From a virus, in IMG/VR virus record IMGVR_UViG_3300032285_001177: a stretch of 64,000 bases of DNA; one strand, 5' to 3'. Positions 19,888 through 31,865 of the stretch are shown here, one piece after another. Numbering within the stretch: the first letter of the stretch is position 1; every line of letters starts with the position of its first letter. Made by a program: the position numbers and the translations under genes. Under the pieces are notes generated by a model. It saw only the letters and a program-made list of their open reading frames with translations. It was not told the DNA's origin and ran no database searches.

Positions 19888-19901
19888 TATTTATATTTAT
19901 A
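19888..19901 (-). promoter_or_regulatory. Two overlapping T4 late promoters for the gp13-17 operon
   Basis: TATAAATA at 19894-19901 and 19888-19895 (TATAAATATAAATA). Confidence 0.85.
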
Positions 19902-19924
19902 ATAGGTTCAAAACGGCCGATGCA

Positions 19925-21610
19925 TTAAGCTTTCTTAAGGATCATCACGTTGTTAACGAACCAACCCATATGATAGCCTTGACGGCAGTAGTTGATCAGT
20001 TGGTCTTTAAGCTCAACGTCTTCAACTAAACCTTTTGCAAGGAACTTATCAAGCCAATATTGGCGAGGACGACAGTTAATATGTCCAACTCCACCTTGAC
20101 CAGGTTTTGCTGCAGTAAAGATCAATGTACCACCAGATTCGATAGTGTTGAATACACCATCAACGATCTTGTCATTATGCATTGGATCCATATGTTCTGC
20201 AACTTCAAACATGATAACGCAATCAGCTTGTCTTGTACCATCAAGTGTTAGCATATCTGCATAGGTGATAAGGTTCTTACCATCTACACGAGGATCAATA
20301 TCTAAACCTTCAGCGTTAACACCAATATCATCAAGCGAATAGACATACATGCCAGGACCACAACCAATGTCGAATACCTTTTTAGGGTTTACAACATCTT
20401 TGATCCATGATGCGATACGGTTTGCAAATGGTTTCTCTTCAGCTTCGATAGCTGGATAGTCGATCAGATCTGGATAGCGTGGATAATGCTTCTTAGCATA
20501 GTCCATGTTACTACGCCATGGATTCTCTTCGTACCAGCCTTGACCACCATGGATATTAAGTACAGCTTGGAAGTACTCTTCATACATACCAGCTACCTTC
20601 TCAAGCGAGAAGTTTCTTAATGCCCAATCACGGCAGTCTTGAGGACTAATCTTATCGATGTTCTTAAGTGCCCACACAAACTCTTCCATAGTACGGCAAC
20701 GGTAACCTGTAACACCATGGATATTGTTCTCTGTGAATGAACCCCAATCGGTAGTAATCGTTGGTGTACCAGAGAATAAGTTCTCGATCTGTACTCCACC
20801 GAACGGTTCAACATACATTGAAGCAACGAAAGATACTTTAGCTTTTGCCATTAGTTCTTTACGCATCTCTACGTCAGCATAACCAATGAACTCAACGTGT
20901 TTTGGGATCTCTTTATAACCACATGCTTCAAGGTTATTTTGACCAGCAACCTTAAGCTTCATACCTGCACGCTCAGTTGCCTGGATAGCGATATGGATAC
21001 CTTTACCTTCATAGACACGACCTAAGAATAAGCAGTAGTCTTCTTTTTCTTCAGGAGCAAACCTAAAGTCATCAGGATCAAAGTAGTTAGGGATAACAAC
21101 ATCATAGAAGTTTTGTTTACACATGCCAACCGCTTCAAGACCATAGTATGCATGCATGATAGCATAAGATTCAAAGATCTTAAACTTAGCCCAATGGCCA
21201 CCTGCATAACCAATACCAGGTTCAACGCAGATTAGATCTGGATGTGCATCACAGATTGGTCTTGTACCAGAACCCCAGAATGGAAGGATAAAGTCGTTCT
21301 TTTGTTTACGAAGACCTACTTCACGGATAGCGTTCTTATAGAACTCTTGATAGGCATGATCGCCTGTATTGAACTTGAAGAAGTTCTTACGCCAATCATA
21401 AGAACCATATGCGATCTCAAGGTCTTTGTTGGTTGTTACTGTAACATGTTCTGTACATGGTACATCTGATTCTTCATGACCGTAGTGGATAACTTCATGA
21501 CCACGTTCAGTCATCATCTTACCAAACTTCCACACCTTCTGTGTATAAGCGCAAGCTACATACTCTTTAGATGTTACCGTATGAGGCAGACCTAAAATAT
21601 GAAATCTCAT
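19925..21610 (-). CDS. GT4-family (GT-B) glycosyltransferase fused to a class I SAM-dependent methyltransferase
   Basis: N-terminal part: RGHEVIHYG, IPNYFD, LFLGRV..GKG, EPFGGVQIE.LFSGTP.ITTDWG...E (GT4 E-x7-E). C-terminal part: FDIGCGPG, GLDI, FEVAEH, GGTLIFTAA..GQGG.GH.N. Confidence 0.88.
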   Translation of the reverse strand: MRFHILGLPHTVTSKEYVACAYTQKVWKFGKMMTERGHEVIHYGHEESDVPCTEHVTVTTNKDLEIAYGSYDWRKNFFKFNTGDHAYQEFYKNAIREVGLRKQKNDFILPFWGSGTRPICDAHPDLICVEPGIGYAGGHWAKFKIFESYAIMHAYYGLEAVGMCKQNFYDVVIPNYFDPDDFRFAPEEKEDYCLFLGRVYEGKGIHIAIQATERAGMKLKVAGQNNLEACGYKEIPKHVEFIGYADVEMRKELMAKAKVSFVASMYVEPFGGVQIENLFSGTPTITTDWGSFTENNIHGVTGYRCRTMEEFVWALKNIDKISPQDCRDWALRNFSLEKVAGMYEEYFQAVLNIHGGQGWYEENPWRSNMDYAKKHYPRYPDLIDYPAIEAEEKPFANRIASWIKDVVNPKKVFDIGCGPGMYVYSLDDIGVNAEGLDIDPRVDGKNLITYADMLTLDGTRQADCVIMFEVAEHMDPMHNDKIVDGVFNTIESGGTLIFTAAKPGQGGVGHINCRPRQYWLDKFLAKGLVEDVELKDQLINYCRQGYHMGWFVNNVMILKKA

Positions 21611-23229
21611 TTTCTACTCCTAATATTATTCAAATAATTATTGATATCCCCATTTGGCATTGCATAACGATGTACAAGTTCTGGGTGCTTCATCTGTACT
21701 ATCGTGTAGATAGCTTCTTCAGTACCGATTGCTCCAGCTTCTAGCGACTTATCGATATATTCAAAGTACTTATCATTAAACTTCTGTATCTGTTCAGGCG
21801 TACCACCAAACAATGTTGCCCTACAGACGTATGATGGTTTTTCTCCAATCAACTCTGTCATCTTATTTATATCATACCCATGGATCTCAGAATCAGTCCA
21901 GTATGGATATGATGTTAGTAAGAAGTTATCCTTCGGCATCTTAAGGAAGTTGTATGTACTGATAGGTTCTCTAACACCAAAACTATTAGAGAATCCAGAA
22001 TCTATCCAATAGAAACGTTTGGATCCCCATGGACGGCCAACAGGATTCTTCTCAGCTACATAAGCCAATAACTCGTTCTTAATAAGAGTTAACGGTATGT
22101 AGTACTTAGATGATATGACTGAGTCCTTCATCCATGCAGATTGGTTTTTCCATTCATCTGTAGAGATAATATCTTGGATAGGTTTAAACCAACGATGGTT
22201 ATCAAGATAATCTGTTGCAAGAGGGAAGCATTGAAGTCTGTTATCAGATGTAGCGATACTTAGTTCTTTACGTCTCTTATATAGGTACTCGTGATGCTCT
22301 TCATCTGCAAAGATAACGAGCGGGTTACGTACAGATAACAGCTTATCTAAACCTTTGATGTAATGCTCAACGAAGTCCCTATCACCTCTATTAAGGTCGA
22401 TCGCCATAGTAACGAGTGTGATGTCACCGGGATAATCATACTTTGGATCAGAGTCCATATAACGATAATCAAAGTATGGTAAAGTTCTATTCTTTTTAAG
22501 TTCTTCGGGGAAGAAGTCATGTGGAACCTTGCTATCGTCTGGTCGTTTACCTTCCATAGCAGAGCACTTATCACCTAGGTGTCTAGAGTATTCACCGTTA
22601 AGGTATGCACCTCTAAAGCCTAACCCACTAAATAAGCGATCGATGTTCCATTCATTATGCCACTTCTCTACACGACCTAACATGATAAGGTCATCGCGGC
22701 GTCTTAGGTTTGGAGATCCAACCCAACAATGCCATGCTAGGTGACCATCAGTGATACGCCATGGTTTCTTATAGAAGAACATATCATCGATGAGTTCCTT
22801 CTCATATGAGTCGATACCTTGGAACTCAAACGTTCTCCATGATGTATCAACGCAACCGATATCACGATACTTCTCTAAGATTTGTTTTGATTGGTTTAGG
22901 TAACCTGGTCGGATAAGTTCCCAGTCATCTTCAAGGTAGAAGATGTATTCACTGTCACAGTAGGATACCATGAAATCCATGGCCCACCATTGTGAACGGT
23001 TACGGGGAAAACATACTACATCGCAGTAATCACCATACTCTTCAACAAGCTTCTCGAATACTCCATCGACAGCAGAGTCATCTACGATCACCATCTTGGT
23101 GATATAGTCTTGTGTGTCATGGAATGATTGAAGAGTCTTAGATAAGACGTCTAGTCTATTACAGGATAGTACGAAGGTTGTTGTGTCTGAATCTGGTTGA
23201 TCAACGGTGTGGATCTTCAATTGTGCCAT
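21607..23229 (-). CDS. Two-domain glycosyltransferase: GT-A (GT2-like) + HtrL/WlaTC-like
   Basis: N-terminal part: VLSCNR, VIVDDS, YIFYLEDDW (DxD-like). C-terminal part: TLVT..IDL.R, K..LL, FYWIDSG, ATLFGG, GTEE.IYT, which I recognise as HtrL-family patterns. Coupled to the next gene by ATGA overlap. Confidence 0.8.
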   Translation of the reverse strand: MAQLKIHTVDQPDSDTTTFVLSCNRLDVLSKTLQSFHDTQDYITKMVIVDDSAVDGVFEKLVEEYGDYCDVVCFPRNRSQWWAMDFMVSYCDSEYIFYLEDDWELIRPGYLNQSKQILEKYRDIGCVDTSWRTFEFQGIDSYEKELIDDMFFYKKPWRITDGHLAWHCWVGSPNLRRRDDLIMLGRVEKWHNEWNIDRLFSGLGFRGAYLNGEYSRHLGDKCSAMEGKRPDDSKVPHDFFPEELKKNRTLPYFDYRYMDSDPKYDYPGDITLVTMAIDLNRGDRDFVEHYIKGLDKLLSVRNPLVIFADEEHHEYLYKRRKELSIATSDNRLQCFPLATDYLDNHRWFKPIQDIISTDEWKNQSAWMKDSVISSKYYIPLTLIKNELLAYVAEKNPVGRPWGSKRFYWIDSGFSNSFGVREPISTYNFLKMPKDNFLLTSYPYWTDSEIHGYDINKMTELIGEKPSYVCRATLFGGTPEQIQKFNDKYFEYIDKSLEAGAIGTEEAIYTIVQMKHPELVHRYAMPNGDINNYLNNIRSRK

Positions 23230-23252
23230 AAATGTTCCTCAGTTATGATATA

Positions 23253-23281
23253 ATTATACTATAGAGAGTGTTTAATGTAAA
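23253..23281 (-). promoter_or_regulatory. Sigma70-type (early/middle) promoter for the glycosyltransferase operon
   Basis: Minus strand TTTACA-N17-TATAAT followed by GAGGA SD; same pattern as the gp55 and uvsY promoters. Confidence 0.72.
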
Positions 23282-23286
23282 ATTAT

Positions 23287-23472
23287 TTATGTCATCCAGT
23301 AAATTAGTTTATATCCAGAATACTCAACATCTATCTCAGGACAATGTACTTGAATATCACCTGGCAAAAATATTGCAGCAGGTGGGGTTGATAGTTGTCC
23401 TGGAGTTCCACCCCAACATTCTATCATCGTCTCATCATCTACTTTAATTAATTTATATCCAATTATTTGCAT
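23287..23472 (-). CDS. Small hypothetical protein
   Basis: 61 aa, AGGAG SD, co-oriented and fills the gap. Confidence 0.6.
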   Translation of the reverse strand: MQIIGYKLIKVDDETMIECWGGTPGQLSTPPAAIFLPGDIQVHCPEIDVEYSGYKLIYWMT

Positions 23473-23481
23473 CGTATCTCC

Positions 23482-25517
<2,036 letters not shown>

Positions 25518-25521
25518 TTAT

Positions 25522-26226
25522 TTATACGTATGCCCATTGAGATTCCATGTTTCTTGATGATGTACTATTTGTCCATGAATAAGCAACTGTTGCTGTACCG
25601 GCTGTGCCTTGGCTATTATCATAGTAGTATGTTTGATCTAAATTTGGTGTTGAAAATGGGCCTGCTGTAGGATTTGCTGGTGTACCAGTTGCTATTAGCG
25701 CAGTTGGAGCTGTCGTACCAAATGAAAGATGGAAGAAGTTAAACCCACCTGCAGACATCGCTAGCGAGTTTGTTCTGCTAGTACCGGTAGCTATCGTTGT
25801 TGTACTTGACGATACATACGATAGTGTGGTCCTACCATCTAAAGTATATACCAGAAATTCTGTAGTACCATTTGCAGAAGCTCCTGATGTTACCACGCTA
25901 ACAGTTACACCAGTCGTACCTGTTGTTACGTTTGCAAAGATCGCAGCATTACCACCTGATGTAGTACTACTAGGATTAGAGTATGCTATGGTTGCAGAGA
26001 CACCATTAATAGTTGCGGATGTAAATGATCTTGGAGTAATCGATGTAACAGGAGTCCTAACAAAAATTATTACCCATCTAGTAGATGTTGCTGTTCCTAT
26101 GTTTACACTTGCAGTCTTAGTCGCAGCAGTGCTTGCTGCCATCTGGAAAGGTCCTTGCGATGTGAGCGTGGCTATTGTGTTACTGTTACTCGAAAACGAG
26201 CCTATCAATGCTTGCATCATACTCAT
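25522..26226 (-). CDS. Thr/Ser-rich beta protein, putative fibre-tip adhesin
   Basis: Start reassigned to ATG 26226 (MSMMQALIG), which overlaps the stop of the 1876 aa fibre (TAATG). Confidence 0.65.
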   Translation of the reverse strand: MSMMQALIGSFSSNSNTIATLTSQGPFQMAASTAATKTASVNIGTATSTRWVIIFVRTPVTSITPRSFTSATINGVSATIAYSNPSSTTSGGNAAIFANVTTGTTGVTVSVVTSGASANGTTEFLVYTLDGRTTLSYVSSSTTTIATGTSRTNSLAMSAGGFNFFHLSFGTTAPTALIATGTPANPTAGPFSTPNLDQTYYYDNSQGTAGTATVAYSWTNSTSSRNMESQWAYV

Positions 26227-29200
26227 TATGTTAGACCTGCACCTGAACAATGGAATGTTGGAGTTCCACCACCGACTACACATAAGTATGTCGCCATACC
26301 ATACTGAGCTAGTGTCCTGTTACCAGTCGATGCTGTACCAGCTAGTCTGAATGTTACTGATGTACCTGCAGTAATCGTTTGTGCTGACGCAGAGTTGTTA
26401 ACGATGGTGACCATATCACCAGCATTGAATACTGAGGCATTGATCGTCACACCGCCTGTAGAGATGTAGATAGTCTTACCTGCATCAGAAGCCGCGGCAA
26501 TGTATGCTCCACCCTGCGTATTGATCGGTGCGGCACGCACATCTCCTTTAGAATCTGAGATAATACCAGATGCATTAATTACACCAGTAGCACCAGTCGC
26601 GCCTGTACCCACAGTAATATTTGATGTGATAATCATGCCTGACGCATTGATTGAACCTGTTGCACCGGCCGAAGCACCACCTACGGCTACGGCAGCATTT
26701 AATACTACAACACCAGATGCACCAATGGTTGGGGTAGTATTGATATTGATACCAGTGCCAGATATATTACCTGAAGCATTGATAGAACCTGTTGCACCTG
26801 TAGCACCAGTTCCTACTGCTAAGAGTACTGGATTAGTTCCTCCAACACCTGTAGCACCGCTTGCCCCTTGTACACCTGTAGCACCATTAATGCCTGATGC
26901 ACCACTAGCACCAGATGCGCCACTAATACCAGTAGCTCCACTTGCTCCTGAGGCTCCACTTGCGCCTGATGCACCATTAACTGCAGCTGGTCCAGTTGAT
27001 CCTGTTGCACCATTGATAGCTACACCAGTTGCTCCTGATGCACCGTTGATTGCTGCTGGTCCTGTTGCACCTATCGGTCCTGTTGAACCAGTTGCGCCTG
27101 ATGCTAGTAGTACACCAGCTAAGTATGCGGTATTAAAGTAAGCAGTAGTTGCAGACATCGAACCAGTAGATCCAATATATCCTGTTGCACCTGTAGTACC
27201 TACTGCAAGGTTAGGTGATTGGATTTGACCTGATGTATTGATCGTACCAGTTGCACCAGTAGCACCAGTACCGATAGCAAGAGCTTGTGCACCCATACCT
27301 TGTGATGAGTTAATACTATTGAAAGCTGATATTGTACCCGTAGCACCTACTGATACACCACCTGCAGCAATTGCACCATTAACTAATACTGCTCCAGATG
27401 CACCGAGACCTGCATTTCCAATGCTAATACCACCAGCTAACATGTTACCAAGAGCAGTGATAGAACCCGATGCACTAACAGTTCCAGTTGCTCCAGGACT
27501 TGATGTTCCTGCACTAATACCACCTGTTATAGCTAAAGTATTTCCATCAATTCTACCTAATGCATAGATTGATCCAGTTGCACCTGAGGCTCCTATATTA
27601 CCTATCTGTAGAGATTGGGCAAACATTGCTAATCCCGCTTTAATCTCTCCGGACGCTGTGATAGATCCAGTCGCACCTGTCGCACCAGTACCTACAGTTA
27701 ATGTACCTGTACCTATATTAGCATTTGCAATAATAGATCCAGTTGAACCTAAGATGCCAGTGGCTCCAAGTCCAATTTGTAAGTTTTGAGTAACAGTGTT
27801 TACAGCATTAACCGCAGTTGCACCAAGCGTTGGAGTATTTACGGATAGTGAAGCAGTAATTGCACCAGTTGCACCTGTCGCTCCAGTACCAATTGCTAAG
27901 TTAGGAGCAGTGATGGTATTAGATGCCATAACTGTACCAGTCGCACCTGTAGCACCAGTACCAACAGTTAATGTACCAGATGCTATATTAGTTGTAGCAC
28001 TGATATTACCTGAAGTGTTGATAGAACCGGTTGCACCTGTTGCACCGGTACCAACTTCGATTGTTTGTACAGCGATGTTAACAACGTTAGCAGCGGTCGC
28101 ACCTAATGTTGGAGCATTAACAGATAGTGAAGCATTGATAACTCCGGTTGCGCCTGTCGCGCCTGTACCTATCGCTAAGTTTGGAGCAGATACTGTATTA
28201 GTTGTAATGATTGTACCAGTTGAACCAACTGTTGCACCACCAATAGCTAAGGTACTAGATGCTAATGCTGTAGCAGCTATTTGTCCAGAAGCGTTAATAG
28301 AACCTGTAGCTCCTGTGGCACCAGTACCAATTTGAATTGTTTGAGCTGTAAGGTTTACGGTGTTAGCTGCAGTTGCACCCAATGTAGGAGCGTTAACAGA
28401 TAATGAAGCATTGATAACACCTGTAGCACCAGTTGCTCCTGTACCGATAGCTAAGTTAGGAGCTGAGATAGTATTTGATGTGATAACAGTACCTGTAGCA
28501 CCAGTTGCACCAGTTCCTACTGTTATTGTACCGTGAGAAACGTTATTTGCAAATACACCTACTAGGGCATTAATGGATCCTGTAGCACCTGTTGCACCTG
28601 TACCAACTTCAATCGTTTGTGCTGCAAGGTTTACGGTGTTAACACCAGTCGCTCCATGTGTAGGAGCATTAACAGCTACTGAAGCATTGATTGTACCTGT
28701 AGCTCCTGTGGCACCTGTGCCAACTTCAATCGTTTGTATAGCAAGGTTAGTAGCAGTTATTGTACCGCTAGCACCGGTTGCACCAGTACTAAATGATGCA
28801 GCATTAATAGATCCAGTTGCAATGATAGAGCCTGTTGCTCCAGCAGTGCCTGCACCAACAACTGCATTCTTAAGAACACCCACTGAAGTTAAGCTTGAGT
28901 TAACAACGTTAGTTCCTAATGTAGTTGAACTAAGTACTGCTACGTTATTGATATAGTATGTTAATGATGCGCCACCAAGATTCCAGTTATCCGAAGCGTT
29001 CCAATAACCAGTGTTTGTACCAGCGGTTGTGGCTGTCGCAGCCCAACTTAATGTCTTGTCTGTTGCACCTTTAAGTGTAACACCACCACCAGCTGCTGTA
29101 ACATCTGTTACCCCGCCGATTGTTAATGTAACACCCGCAGTTGGTCCACCAGTACCAGTTAACGCTGCACTTAATGTGATTTGAGTTGCGCTATCAACAG

Positions 29201-31856
29201 ATTGAACTGTTGTACCACCAGCAACAGTGATTGTACCAGCACCAGTTAATGCAGTAAGTGCAGATCCTGGAATAATACCAGTTACGCTTGACATGTTTGT
29301 GATGATACCAGATCCAGCAGTTACCGTACCTGTAGGGCTTACTGCTGTTACAGAACCTAACTCGATGTTCTTATCATCAACAGTTAGAGTGTTTGAGTTT
29401 ACTGTAGTTGTAAGACCGTTAACAGTTAAGTTACCAGTGATCGTTGTATTACCACCGACGTTTAGGTCACCTGAAGCATTGATAGATCCTGTAGCACCAG
29501 TTGCACCTGTACCAACTCTAAATGATTGTATTACGCCGTCAGTGCCAACTAATGTATTAGTAGTAACACCTGTTGAACCAACTGATAATGCACTAAATGC
29601 ATTTATGGTCGCAGCTGTTGCACCGATAGATGCTGCGGTTACAGAACCTGATGTAACGATTGAACCTGTGGCACCAGTTGCGCCAGTACCAACTTGAATT
29701 GTTTGAGCTGTAAGGTTTACTGTATTAACACCTGTTGCACCGTGTGTAGGAGCATTAACAGCTGTTGATGCATTGATTGTTCCTGTAGCACCTGTAGCAC
29801 CAGTACCGACCGTAAGTGTACCAAACGCGGCGTTATTTGTGATTACACCAGTAATAGCACTAATAGAACCTGTTGCTCCCGTAGCACCTGTGCCGAGGAT
29901 AATATTAGGTGAAGTGATCCATCCGCCAAACGCAGCACTAGTTGCACCAATAGATTGCGCTGTTAGAGGACCAGAAGCATTGATAGAACCGGTTGCACCT
30001 GTTGCACCTGTACCTACTTCAATAGTTTGTAATGCTGAATTAGTTGCAACTAATGTATTAGTAGTAACACCGGTTGAACCAACAGTCAATGCACTGAATG
30101 TATTGATTGTTGCTGCAGTTGCACCAATGGATGCAGCTGTAATTACACCAGATGCATTGATTGTGCCTGTCGCGCCTGTTGCTCCCGTACCAACTTGTAA
30201 TGTTTGCACACTTCCATTAGTAGTAACTAATGTATTTGTTGTAACACCTGTTGCGCCAATTGTTGCTGAAGCTAACGTGTTTGTTGTTACACCAGTTGTT
30301 CCAATTGTTGCTGCAGATAATGTATTAGTAGTAACACCAGTTGCACCAACTGTTGCAGCAGATAATGTATTAGTAGTAACACCAGTTGCACCAACTGTTG
30401 CAGCAGATAATGTATTTGTTGTGATGCCTGTTGCACCAGCGGTACCGATATTTAAAGTATTAGTTGTGATACCAGATGCACCGATTGTTTGCGCGCTAAA
30501 CGTATTAATAGTTGCTGCAGTTGCACCAATAGATGCAGCTGTAACTGATGTTGTAGTTGTTATAGGACCAATAGTACTAATCGCACCAGTAGAACCAGTT
30601 GCACCTAATGTAGTACCTACATTTAATGCATTGGGGATATTAATGTTACCGTTTGCATCTATTCCAAGTCTTATAGCTATAGGAGCCGCACCAGTAGCAC
30701 CGTATCTATCTCTTATTGCAAATTGTCGCGCGCCTGTTGCACCTGTTGCATACATATCAAAATATGCACCGTTTGTAGTAAGTGTTGAATCCCATTCTTG
30801 TAGTTCAACAGATGGGTTTCCACCCACACGGGCGACTTTAACTGAAGCAGAACCGTCTATTAAGTTAAAACTTCTGTTTGCTGGTAAACCAGTTGTAGTT
30901 CCTTGTACCCAAACGTTTGCGATATTTACGTCAGAGATCTTATTGCCAGCCAGTATATGACCATCAGTTGAATATACTCTATTGTATAATCCAACGTTTA
31001 GGTCACCAGAAGCATTGATAGATCCAGTAGCACCAGTTGCTCCAGTGCCTACTCTTAATCCACCATTGATCCATGTTGAATTATCTGTGCCAATCGTCAT
31101 CGCATCGTATGTATTGCCATTGATTACGAAGTGGATTGGTTTTAATGCATATGTACCAATAGCAAGATCAGATGACTGAGATGCAACGTATACCGTGTTA
31201 GGTTGGATAAATGCGCCGCTAGCACCAGTTGCGCCTGATGCACCAGTATTGAACAGCGATGAGTTCATACCAAACTCACCGTAGTAGGTTGAGTTGGTTG
31301 CTTGGTCGTTTGATACTACGAAGTTAGTAGAGGCACTTTGACCCGCAAAAGTATTTTGTAGGAGTAGTTGGTTATAGCTATCTACAGATGATGACCATGA
31401 ACCCATGATGTTGCCATCTGTATAGTTCAATGTACCGTATGAGTATGCTCCTTGTGCAGATGATGCACCTATAGAACCATTAGCTATATAGTATGTACCT
31501 GAAAAAGCGCCAGAAGCATTAACAGAACCTGTTGCACCAACACCTGTTGCACCGACAGCAAGAGTTCCAGTAAATGATGTATTTGTTGTATTAAGGTTTG
31601 AAGATATAGCACCTGTAGCACCTGAAGCGCCTGTCGCACCAGCTCCAACATGCAAACTACCTACAAGTTGTACAGATCCGGTTGCACCAGTAGAACCAAC
31701 TAGTGGTCCTACTTGGAAGGTGTAGAAACCTCCCGAAGTTGGGACTTGACCGGTTGCTCCATAGAAGCCTGTCGCTCCTGAAGCCCCTTGAGGACCTGTT
31801 GTACCAATTGCACCAGCAAAACCACTTGATAATATATTTCTGATATCAGTTGTCAT
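26226..31856 (-). CDS. Long repeat fibre protein (1876 aa)
   Basis: About 20 copies (hand count) of [17 protein letters not shown]; also GNLTVNG.TTTVNS.TLTVDDKNIELG fibre motif, a short collagen segment and a C-terminal cap domain. Confidence 0.85.
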   Translation of the reverse strand: MTTDIRNILSSGFAGAIGTTGPQGASGATGFYGATGQVPTSGGFYTFQVGPLVGSTGATGSVQLVGSLHVGAGATGASGATGAISSNLNTTNTSFTGTLAVGATGVGATGSVNASGAFSGTYYIANGSIGASSAQGAYSYGTLNYTDGNIMGSWSSSVDSYNQLLLQNTFAGQSASTNFVVSNDQATNSTYYGEFGMNSSLFNTGASGATGASGAFIQPNTVYVASQSSDLAIGTYALKPIHFVINGNTYDAMTIGTDNSTWINGGLRVGTGATGATGSINASGDLNVGLYNRVYSTDGHILAGNKISDVNIANVWVQGTTTGLPANRSFNLIDGSASVKVARVGGNPSVELQEWDSTLTTNGAYFDMYATGATGARQFAIRDRYGATGAAPIAIRLGIDANGNINIPNALNVGTTLGATGSTGAISTIGPITTTTSVTAASIGATAATINTFSAQTIGASGITTNTLNIGTAGATGITTNTLSAATVGATGVTTNTLSAATVGATGVTTNTLSAATIGTTGVTTNTLASATIGATGVTTNTLVTTNGSVQTLQVGTGATGATGTINASGVITAASIGATAATINTFSALTVGSTGVTTNTLVATNSALQTIEVGTGATGATGSINASGPLTAQSIGATSAAFGGWITSPNIILGTGATGATGSISAITGVITNNAAFGTLTVGTGATGATGTINASTAVNAPTHGATGVNTVNLTAQTIQVGTGATGATGSIVTSGSVTAASIGATAATINAFSALSVGSTGVTTNTLVGTDGVIQSFRVGTGATGATGSINASGDLNVGGNTTITGNLTVNGLTTTVNSNTLTVDDKNIELGSVTAVSPTGTVTAGSGIITNMSSVTGIIPGSALTALTGAGTITVAGGTTVQSVDSATQITLSAALTGTGGPTAGVTLTIGGVTDVTAAGGGVTLKGATDKTLSWAATATTAGTNTGYWNASDNWNLGGASLTYYINNVAVLSSTTLGTNVVNSSLTSVGVLKNAVVGAGTAGATGSIIATGSINAASFSTGATGASGTITATNLAIQTIEVGTGATGATGTINASVAVNAPTHGATGVNTVNLAAQTIEVGTGATGATGSINALVGVFANNVSHGTITVGTGATGATGTVITSNTISAPNLAIGTGATGATGVINASLSVNAPTLGATAANTVNLTAQTIQIGTGATGATGSINASGQIAATALASSTLAIGGATVGSTGTIITTNTVSAPNLAIGTGATGATGVINASLSVNAPTLGATAANVVNIAVQTIEVGTGATGATGSINTSGNISATTNIASGTLTVGTGATGATGTVMASNTITAPNLAIGTGATGATGAITASLSVNTPTLGATAVNAVNTVTQNLQIGLGATGILGSTGSIIANANIGTGTLTVGTGATGATGSITASGEIKAGLAMFAQSLQIGNIGASGATGSIYALGRIDGNTLAITGGISAGTSSPGATGTVSASGSITALGNMLAGGISIGNAGLGASGAVLVNGAIAAGGVSVGATGTISAFNSINSSQGMGAQALAIGTGATGATGTINTSGQIQSPNLAVGTTGATGYIGSTGSMSATTAYFNTAYLAGVLLASGATGSTGPIGATGPAAINGASGATGVAINGATGSTGPAAVNGASGASGASGASGATGISGASGASGASGINGATGVQGASGATGVGGTNPVLLAVGTGATGATGSINASGNISGTGININTTPTIGASGVVVLNAAVAVGGASAGATGSINASGMIITSNITVGTGATGATGVINASGIISDSKGDVRAAPINTQGGAYIAAASDAGKTIYISTGGVTINASVFNAGDMVTIVNNSASAQTITAGTSVTFRLAGTASTGNRTLAQYGMATYLCVVGGGTPTFHCSGAGLT
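30313..30416. repeat. Perfect 45-bp tandem repeat (about 2.3 copies)
   Basis: gcagataatgtattagtagtaacaccagttgcaccaactgttgca repeated exactly; encodes TTNTLSAATVGATGV. Confidence 0.9.
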
Positions 31857-31865
31857 GTTCTATTC

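Noticed and set aside
19925-23229. GTs as T4-type DNA glucosyltransferases and the MTase as a DNA methylase
   Set aside because: No recognisable alpha/beta-glucosyltransferase or DNA methylase catalytic motifs, and the context is structural. Disfavoured but not excluded without a search.
25519-25526. TATAAATA overlapping a stop codon, plus intragenic copies (4110, 42094, 55140) and one-mismatch variants (38367, 43019, 48799)
   Set aside because: The 25519 box is only 7 nt from the next ATG, and the others are intragenic or imperfect in AT-rich DNA. Some may be real but I cannot support them individually.
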